Positions 57,052-63,905 of a stretch of DNA of 63,905 nucleotides are shown here, piece after piece (within the stretch, counting starts at the first letter, position 1; every line of letters begins with the position of its first letter). The DNA comes from a virus (Duplodnaviria; Caudoviricetes): the IMG/VR virus record IMGVR_UViG_3300037245_001426, positions 1-63,905 of that record; one strand, 5' to 3'. The notes beneath the pieces are model-generated. The model worked only from the letters and a program-made list of their open reading frames with translations, was not told the DNA's origin and ran no database searches. Both the position numbers and the translations under genes were made by a program.

Positions 57052-58700
57052 TACAAGAACACCTTTATGTCTTTATTGGTCTGGATTGACGCCGCCAAAG
57101 GTAGGGCAATCTCTGAATAACAACGTGCATGGGCAAAGTGATCATCGCCATTGTTTACATACTCTGCAACTGTGTCTCCAGAATTTGTGCGTTTGTAGTG
57201 TCGAACGATATTCTGGATGTGCGATTTGTACTCTTTCGACAGTCCTTGAGGTAGATCGATGGTACGAGTATGGAATCGATTCAACGCGGTATCCAACCAC
57301 GTGGTGCGGTCAACCACTAGCGTATGCTCTTCCTCCGTACCCATAGAGATCCGTTTCCCTCTTTGGCCTTGGGCGTAATAGCATAGTTTCACAAAGCCCC
57401 AGAAACGGACTGCGAACTCATAAGCCATACGCTTCTCTGGCTGCGCATCAATGACACACCCATGTATCTGCCACTGCTTCATCAGTACGTCAAGTTCGTG
57501 GAAATGCTTACATTTGCCCTCTGCCAATACTTCGCAATCGGCAGACATATTAAGATCGGGGCCCAGAGTTTTGAATCGCCAAGCGTCGATCTCGTAATGA
57601 AGCCAATTACCTTGATCAACTCCCATCGTAATAATAACACCTTCAGGCGGGGCGTCAGTCTTGCGCCGCGAAGTAATAAGTCTCTCTATCTGTTCAAGGT
57701 TGATTTGTGCGCCTTCGACGATGTGCGGCAGCCCAAGACGTGAATTGTAAAATTCTTGCTCTGATACTTTGTCGACCAAGCCTCTCAGGTAGGACGCTGC
57801 GACCTTGTCAGGGTGCTTGACTATAGAATAAAGTTGATTGATGTGGAATCCACGAGCCTCAAAATCGGGGGTTTTAGGAACCCACATCGTGTTATCAACC
57901 GAGAGCCATTCCCTCTTCGTCTCATGGGGTAGTTCTAACTTAGTCTTAGAACAAATAAGGTGAGTGTCCTTGATCCTAGGGTCATCCTTATGTTCCGCTG
58001 TTATATTGATGTTGTCCGGGAAGACCAACTCCTCTTTCTGCCCACACCTTGGACAATTAAAGAAAAAGTGCTCCTGTGTTGAGCTGTTAAAGAGGAGATT
58101 GATCTTAGTGTTAGGTACAGTCGGCGTCGAAATTTTCCATACAATTGGGTTCTCTTGGAAGTCAGTACGGGCCTCAGCCAATGGTATGTTGTCCTGGTTC
58201 ATCTCGTCGACTTCGTCAAAGATGATAACGCCCACAGGGATGGACTTCAACGCCGACCTTGAATTCGATCCACGCACATACAGACTGACCGACCCAGCCA
58301 TCTTATGGTCAACATTCTTGACTTTTGAGAACAAGTCGCTCAGGTGCGGTGACAATTCAAGTGCAGAATCAAAACGTGCTGACGAGAAAACAGAGGCGTC
58401 CGGCATCTTCGTCGGGAGAACATACAGGACGTTTGTGTTTTCAATGTCAATCTTGTAAAAGGTAATGTTTAGGACCGTCTCCGTGAACCCCATCTGTGCT
58501 GCCTTCTGGCCGATGTTCATCCCGGCTTTCGAGTCGTGCATGTCCTTGGTCCAAGGAGATGGTCCCCAGTCCCAAATGCCAGCGAACTGGCCAGACATCA
58601 CCCTGTAAGTGGTAGCCCACTTAGAGGGTGATGTGATGGCGCTGCGCTTCAGGCCAACAGCTAGCGTGTTACGAAAAACTTCAGCCAAGTTCATCAGCAA
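57051..58700 (-). CDS. terminase large subunit (lambda gpA-like)
   Basis: KAAQMGFTE, IIFDEVD, ISTPT, CP.C, F.N..LG.P, MGVDQG, DH..HA. Confidence 0.92.
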   Translation of the reverse strand: MLMNLAEVFRNTLAVGLKRSAITSPSKWATTYRVMSGQFAGIWDWGPSPWTKDMHDSKAGMNIGQKAAQMGFTETVLNITFYKIDIENTNVLYVLPTKMPDASVFSSARFDSALELSPHLSDLFSKVKNVDHKMAGSVSLYVRGSNSRSALKSIPVGVIIFDEVDEMNQDNIPLAEARTDFQENPIVWKISTPTVPNTKINLLFNSSTQEHFFFNCPRCGQKEELVFPDNINITAEHKDDPRIKDTHLICSKTKLELPHETKREWLSVDNTMWVPKTPDFEARGFHINQLYSIVKHPDKVAASYLRGLVDKVSEQEFYNSRLGLPHIVEGAQINLEQIERLITSRRKTDAPPEGVIITMGVDQGNWLHYEIDAWRFKTLGPDLNMSADCEVLAEGKCKHFHELDVLMKQWQIHGCVIDAQPEKRMAYEFAVRFWGFVKLCYYAQGQRGKRISMGTEEEHTLVVDRTTWLDTALNRFHTRTIDLPQGLSKEYKSHIQNIVRHYKRTNSGDTVAEYVNNGDDHFAHARCYSEIALPLAASIQTNKDIKVFL

Positions 58701-58745
58701 CCTGTACTACAATGGGCCACTCTCGGGATGGTAAAACGGGGTCGA

Positions 58746-59012
58746 TTACGCACGGTCAATCTCCTTGAGGTAGAGGGTCAATATGTAACCACAAATCGAG
58801 GCACACGTTACAATCAAAAAACTATTGGTCACAAAATCAAGTGGCTTAATGCCACGATCAAACGCTTCGTATCCAACGTAAGCGAAAGCCAACCAGTGGT
58901 TCAGGCAGTACGGGCACCGGAATAGCTTGTACTTTTGAAGACGTTTGAACAAGCTACTCTTGCAAATGGTCGTCGAAATGGCCGCAATGGCCAGTGCTGT
59001 TTCAAAAATCAT
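58746..59012 (-). CDS. small membrane protein with CPYC motif
   Basis: LF.CPYCL.HW.A; TM segments (DUF1360-like). Confidence 0.6.
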   Translation of the reverse strand: MIFETALAIAAISTTICKSSLFKRLQKYKLFRCPYCLNHWLAFAYVGYEAFDRGIKPLDFVTNSFLIVTCASICGYILTLYLKEIDRA

Positions 59013-59019
59013 GTTACAC

Positions 59020-60225
59020 CTAGAAACTGTTAAAGTATGGAGATACTGCGAAATTGATTTCTACATCGAAATCATTAGATATCTTGAGTACCGTAGTAGC
59101 TGTGCCTGGGATACCGTATATATTTCCGTTTGTGGCCAATACCAAGTCCACCCATTTTCCGTCGCCGGCTGATAAGCTACCAATTGTGCTTGTGCTATTC
59201 GTAGCTGGATCAATCCGTAAGATTGAGGTAGCTGATGATGGCGCGCAGTACAAAAAACTGTTAGGCGACATAGTGCCGCCATGCCATTTTGACGTACCGG
59301 TGAGGCTGCCGAATGTAAAAGCTGAATCGTTATTGGGGTCGATAACAAGAACTTCAGTGGAATGAAAAGGGGAAGAGTACAACATTCCATTAGCTCCCAC
59401 GCACCCACTTTCCCACTTAAAATTGCCTGAAAAACTGCCGAAAGTAGTTATAGCATTCGTAGTGGTATTGATCTTAAGTATATTTGTCGCGTTGTATGGC
59501 ACACCGTATATGTGCCCGTTTGGTGCTAAAATTCCGCCAAGCCACTTTAGTGCGTCGCTGGATACAGTACCAAATCTTGTCGCGGTATCGCTAACCGGAT
59601 CGATCTTCAGTATATCTGTGGCATCAAATGGGATACCGTATATTTTACCGTCGGCGCCCAAGATGCCGCCCCACCATTTGTCAGCGCCTGTCAGGCTACC
59701 AAAAGAGGTAAGAGTATCCGTTTCTGGGTCAAGTTTCAATACCGAAGTGGAGTCACGAGGTATACCATAGATATAACCATTCTGGGCTAACACTGCGCCC
59801 GAGAATTTTGCGGCGGACGCGCCTAGACTACCGAAAGTAGTCACGGTATCGGTGTTAGGATCAATTTTCAATATGTCGCCGCTGTCACGTGGAAAAGCAT
59901 ATATCATACCGTTTGGTGCTACTACGCCACTGCACCATTTATGCGCAAGTGCTGGTAGACTGCCAAACTCAGAAATTGTGTCTTTGGTTCTAGCATGATT
60001 CACTCCGTGGCCAGCGCCCAACGCGTCCTGTGTGTCTGGCCAGTTAAAACTTCTCCAGTCAGGGTGAGCGCCCGCGAATTTATTTACCTCACGCTGCGTG
60101 GCTGCGACCTCAGAGATGCACTGTACCCAATCCCGCCAGTCTGGACCTCTAGTAGTTCCATTATCAGAATTTCTATTCCTAGAAGTTCCGTCCCAGATTT
60201 CGTCGGGGTAAAATGCTCGCGCCAC
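59020..60225 (-). CDS. seven-repeat beta-propeller protein with shared N-terminal anchor
   Basis: 7 x FGS....KW.G....NG..Y..P.....L.IDP repeats. Confidence 0.75.
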   Translation of the reverse strand: MARAFYPDEIWDGTSRNRNSDNGTTRGPDWRDWVQCISEVAATQREVNKFAGAHPDWRSFNWPDTQDALGAGHGVNHARTKDTISEFGSLPALAHKWCSGVVAPNGMIYAFPRDSGDILKIDPNTDTVTTFGSLGASAAKFSGAVLAQNGYIYGIPRDSTSVLKLDPETDTLTSFGSLTGADKWWGGILGADGKIYGIPFDATDILKIDPVSDTATRFGTVSSDALKWLGGILAPNGHIYGVPYNATNILKINTTTNAITTFGSFSGNFKWESGCVGANGMLYSSPFHSTEVLVIDPNNDSAFTFGSLTGTSKWHGGTMSPNSFLYCAPSSATSILRIDPATNSTSTIGSLSAGDGKWVDLVLATNGNIYGIPGTATTVLKISNDFDVEINFAVSPYFNSF

Positions 60226-60235
60226 AGTATTGTCC

Positions 60236-60961
60236 TTACTTTACGATTTCTTGGCGACTGCCAACAGTGTCCTGCTCAAAGTGCAAATCAAACTCCAACA
60301 GCGCAGCGTCACCTGTGAAGTTGTCAGCTCCAACCCCGCCATTACGTGATATCCTACCAAGCAGCATAGAACTAAGACCCAAACCAGTGCCGTCAATGTC
60401 AGCGTTTTCAGCTAGTTGGTGGGTGTTGACGGCGCCTGCACCTTCTTGTGGTATCGTTACCAGAGTTGTACTAGGCAACGTTCCGTTGATGCTAATTATA
60501 GAGTATTCAAGTTCCCAATTCACTGTGCCGGTATTCGTAGTCTGAGGCATCCAGTGGATATGCGGATGTAAGTCACTTTCCAGCTTATAGCTGTGAGGCA
60601 TCTGCAACGCAAAGAAAACTTGCTTCAAAGTGTTGTCCGGGAAGATTAAGGCGTAGACGCCGACGCTGCCTGAACCGTTGTCAGCGACCTGCGAGAAATC
60701 AGGAACCTGAGCCGCGCCGACTCTGGTTGCTGACAGCGGTACCCTTACATCATCCCACGTGGTTGCGTCTCCCGCGAATTTGATCGTACCATCAGCCCCG
60801 AACTCCGAGTAATTCAAGAGATCACCGAATCGGATGTACGGAGTGTCGCTGATAACTACAATAGGATCTGCGCCTGCTCCAGCGAACACTGTCGTGGTGC
60901 CAGCGTCATCGTAGTGTGTATTAAGCCCTAAAAGACCTATTGAATTTATCATCGGCGCCAC
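60236..60961 (-). CDS. putative virion protein
   Basis: G.AT.WDD.R, Q.PH..K..S...PH.HW, D.H pattern. Confidence 0.6.
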   Translation of the reverse strand: MAPMINSIGLLGLNTHYDDAGTTTVFAGAGADPIVVISDTPYIRFGDLLNYSEFGADGTIKFAGDATTWDDVRVPLSATRVGAAQVPDFSQVADNGSGSVGVYALIFPDNTLKQVFFALQMPHSYKLESDLHPHIHWMPQTTNTGTVNWELEYSIISINGTLPSTTLVTIPQEGAGAVNTHQLAENADIDGTGLGLSSMLLGRISRNGGVGADNFTGDAALLEFDLHFEQDTVGSRQEIVK

Positions 60962-61839
60962 CCTTTGAAACTCTTGATTGCGACAGCTTCTCCAATCATA
61001 CGGTCCAGTACCTCGGTATCAATCCAAACACTGCCGTCAGGCTGATCGCGCTTTGGGCCATTGACCCAGTTCTTGCCCCAAGACGACATGAGCAAAGCTC
61101 CGGGCCTCTTGAATCGAGTGTCGAATCCGATCAGCGTCCAGGCGTGGCTCCACGATCCACGCGTCGGTCTGACGAATCCATCATTGTCGCGAGTCTTACC
61201 GAAGGCAGTGTTGCTGCCGAGTACGACTGGGTGGAAGTTTGAGAGTGCTGCGTACGCTTGGGCTGCGCTGTTGACGCGGTAGCTTTCCAAAATGGGATGG
61301 AAGCTGGCTTCTTCCAAGAGCAGCTTCAGCTCTTTGACTGATTTCTGATCGATCGAATTAATGTTGCTGAGAGAATACTCCGTAAAATCCCAGCCGGGAT
61401 AGATGACTCGGAACAGGTTGCCGTAGTCGGACGCAAACTTCACAGCTTCGCTGATCGCGACCCCACCGCGGCGTCCGCGTCTGCCGCCGACGATTTCCCT
61501 GCCGCCAATGTGAAGTAGCTCAGTAGCGATTGGCTTGACCCACCGATCGTTGCCGAGTGATACTTGGACGGACTGCGCGATGTCGATCGCCAAAGCAGTC
61601 GCATGGCTGGTACAGTCTACGGTCTCTTGGCTGTGCGGAATGAAGACGCGTTGGGTGGCAGCTTCCAAAAACTTATAGAGCAAGATGGCCTCTTTCGTGG
61701 CCATCTGCTCTGGGAATCGTTTGATTCCGAAATCATTTTGTGGCGGTTCCCAACCGGAGTAGACATTCTCTACTCCGGTGGGTGCAAACGGTATGATCGC
61801 TGACGTTGCAGCAATCTTAAGAAAGCTTCGCCGCTTCAT
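60949..61839 (-). CDS. papain-like (C1) cysteine peptidase with twin-arginine signal
   Basis: MKRRSFLK signal; Q...DC, WSHA, SSWG..W. Confidence 0.78.
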   Translation of the reverse strand: MKRRSFLKIAATSAIIPFAPTGVENVYSGWEPPQNDFGIKRFPEQMATKEAILLYKFLEAATQRVFIPHSQETVDCTSHATALAIDIAQSVQVSLGNDRWVKPIATELLHIGGREIVGGRRGRRGGVAISEAVKFASDYGNLFRVIYPGWDFTEYSLSNINSIDQKSVKELKLLLEEASFHPILESYRVNSAAQAYAALSNFHPVVLGSNTAFGKTRDNDGFVRPTRGSWSHAWTLIGFDTRFKRPGALLMSSWGKNWVNGPKRDQPDGSVWIDTEVLDRMIGEAVAIKSFKGWRR

Positions 61840-62428
61840 AGCATACCTCAGAGGCAGTGGTGAAAATCTTATCCCAATCCTGACGTTGACGCATCAGATC
61901 AGCGATTTTAGCGATGAACTCGGCCCACTCTTTACCGACTTGATCCTTGCGATTGGCGTAAATTAAAGACGCCATGATCATGTCGGGACTGGAAAGCTCT
62001 CCAGCTTCAATCTTCTTAGCGATCATCGCAAAATTCTCTGCGACCGCTGCGCTGTTGTTGGACGCAGGAACCCAGGAACCGATTAGTACAGTAAGCTGGC
62101 CAACTGGGGGCATCGGAACAGGAATGACATCAGGAACTACCGGCGGAACGACAGGAGCAGGGTTCCTAGGGTCCCAGATTACATGCTCGCCGGATGAAAT
62201 GGCGACCACTCGTACAGGGCGTGACAGGACGATTTGACGATCAACGACTTGGAACTCAGCGTCCTCCAGCACCAACCAAGAGACGTCGTGGTTGGCAGTG
62301 AGAGTGAGCATCCCTTCAGAGCTTGCGGTCACTGCAAGCGGCTCGAAGCTCATATCCATAGCCTGCGGCGTAATCAACGCAGCCAGCAGGCCCACTACCA
62401 ACGCTAGATTCGTTTTCGTAACGCTCAT
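61817..62428 (-). CDS. exported/membrane protein with Pro-Val linker
   Basis: Signal-like N-terminus; PAPVVPPVVPDVIPVPMPP. Confidence 0.6.
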   Translation of the reverse strand: MSVTKTNLALVVGLLAALITPQAMDMSFEPLAVTASSEGMLTLTANHDVSWLVLEDAEFQVVDRQIVLSRPVRVVAISSGEHVIWDPRNPAPVVPPVVPDVIPVPMPPVGQLTVLIGSWVPASNNSAAVAENFAMIAKKIEAGELSSPDMIMASLIYANRKDQVGKEWAEFIAKIADLMRQRQDWDKIFTTASEVCYEAAKLS

Positions 62429-62613
62429 TTAATCGGCTCTTTGGTCATGAGGCGAAGGATGACGTTAACAACGCCCATGATCGAGACGAAGTAGCCTGCG
62501 ATCTGCGGGTTCTGTTGGATGACTTCGGTCCCGGCGATGCCGCCGAGGGCTCCAGCCACGATCATAATAACGTTGACCCAGAGGGTCTTGGACTTTGCGG
62601 CATTCTTACCCAT
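62425..62613 (-). CDS. holin-like two-TM protein
   Basis: KSKTLW.N, two TMs, N..LR..T..P. Confidence 0.6.
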   Translation of the reverse strand: MGKNAAKSKTLWVNVIMIVAGALGGIAGTEVIQQNPQIAGYFVSIMGVVNVILRLMTKEPIK

Positions 62614-63167
62614 TAGATGTTTTCCAATGCTTCGAGGATCTCGTCAGAAATTGCTTCTATAACGGTCTCGTCCGTGACGTGTCTGGTGATAATCTGCACA
62701 ATTACTTGGGCCATGCTAGTGATCTTGGTACGGTCCAAGAAGTTGCCCAGCTTCATTTCCAACTTACTACAACTTGTCACCACACGATCAATCTTCATGA
62801 TCATGTCAGTGAGCGGTCCTGACTGTAGAATCAAATCCTGCGTGTTCTGGCAGGCGTTCAATTTCTCTTCGAGGATGTACCGCATAACTCCGACTTCGTC
62901 CTTTAAGTTCAAAAGGTAGTCTGAGTTGCCCATCTCCCCTATTCTAGCATTAAATCGAGCCAAGCGGTAATTGCGAAGCTCTTTTGCCTTTATCGAGTTT
63001 TCCTGTTTATTGCCTCCGTGTGCCCTGCAACGATTGCCACCATCGACAGCCTTCAAGTTACACTGGCCGTTGCAGTTTACGTGCTCGCACTGCTGGTCAC
63101 CTGGCTTGGCTCGTTCCATTTTGATTCTCGGATTATTGGCCAACAAAATCGATACAACCTGCCCCAT
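62613..63167 (-). CDS. putative terminase small subunit (C..C..CxxHGG zinc motif)
   Basis: QC...QC...RCRAHGG plus helical body; first gene of the virion operon; start may be 63119. Confidence 0.55.
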   Translation of the reverse strand: MGQVVSILLANNPRIKMERAKPGDQQCEHVNCNGQCNLKAVDGGNRCRAHGGNKQENSIKAKELRNYRLARFNARIGEMGNSDYLLNLKDEVGVMRYILEEKLNACQNTQDLILQSGPLTDMIMKIDRVVTSCSKLEMKLGNFLDRTKITSMAQVIVQIITRHVTDETVIEAISDEILEALENI

Positions 63168-63168
63168 T

Positions 63169-63200
63169 GTAATATACGTACATTGCGGCCAAAATGTTCA
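63169..63200 (-). promoter_or_regulatory. phage promoter P3 (virion operon)
   Basis: TGAACA-N12-TGTACGTATATTAC. Confidence 0.8.
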
Positions 63201-63287
63201 AAAATTCTGAAAAAATATTTTTGGTCCAAGAATCCGATAATTTTGGTAGGAACCTAGGACACTTTAATGTTAAAATCAAAGAACCTT

Positions 63288-63333
63288 GGACACCCGGAAA
63301 CTGGGTCCTAGGACACCCGGAAACTGAGTCCTA
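63288..63333. repeat. 23-bp tandem repeat x2
   Basis: ggacacccggaaactg(g/a)gtccta. Confidence 0.9.
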
Positions 63334-63725
63334 GGGTCCCATAAAATTTGAGAATATTTTTGAGAGCGACCTGATTGAGACCAGCATGGACATAGGACAA
63401 TAGGACAATTCGTTCCATCCTACATAGTATAACCCACCCAGGTGGTACCCACCCGGATGATCGGAACCTAGGACCCCTACAACTGGATCACTGCAACCGG
63501 ATTGATTGCGGAATCAATGCTGACCGACACTACAATCGATTGTATCGAGGCCGGTTAGTCGGATAATCGGAGGTTAGAATCCTAGAATCCAGGATAATCG
63601 GCGGTACAATCGTTGCAATATGTCCTAGATTCCAGATTCCTAGGTTATGGTCGCAAGGGTCGCATGGGTAAACCATGTTTCGACGTTTTGGGTCCTACTG
63701 CCAACCCACTTGCGCAAGTGGTCTT

Positions 63726-63763
63726 GGCGCTGCGCGGTAGGGCAGGCGCTGCGCGGTAGGGCA
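63726..63763. repeat. 19-bp tandem repeat x2
   Basis: ggcgctgcgcggtagggca. Confidence 0.9.
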
Positions 63764-63788
63764 GGCGGTACTCGGTCAGTAGACGGAG

Positions 63789-63905
<117 letters not shown>

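Noticed and set aside
33100-63100. Numerous plus-strand ORFs across the virion operon
   Set aside because: They are antisense shadows of well-supported minus-strand genes with no recognisable motifs.

Overview
This window is most of the genome of a tailed dsDNA bacteriophage, probably a siphovirus, since it has a tape measure protein, a tail tube and a frameshifted tail chaperone and no sheath. The host cannot be assigned from sequence. There are four transcription blocks. (1) Early genes, <1-12020 on the minus strand, lie behind a near-consensus sigma70 promoter; they include many tiny ORFs, a ligase, nucleases, a GNAT, a sulfotransferase-like protein and a minimal sigma factor. (2) A leftward replication and nucleotide-metabolism operon (12161-27463) encodes PolA, an SNF2 helicase, two ParB-like proteins, Ndk, DeoC, a NUDIX hydrolase and a ThyX-like protein. 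(3) A rightward operon (27864-33060) encodes a primase-helicase, a dNMP kinase and an exonuclease. (4) A leftward virion and lysis operon spans 33057-63167. The strongest discovery is that blocks 2, 3 and 4 each begin with the same motif, TGAACA-N12-TGTACGTATATTAC (= TGAACA-N16-CGTA, an ECF-sigma geometry), which pairs the phage's own ECF-sized sigma factor with a candidate regulon. Other notable features are a hairpin plus ATGATTTGATTTTG leader element, a Tat-signal papain-like peptidase where an endolysin is expected, shared N-terminal leaders on scaffold, capsid and tail tube, repeat modules grafted onto core virion proteins, an array of HicB-like mini-proteins, a stand-alone KMSKS-motif protein, gene cassettes bounded by repeated RBS junctions, and a (CAA/CAU)n leader before the putative SSB. 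All calls come from reading motifs by eye; no database search was run.
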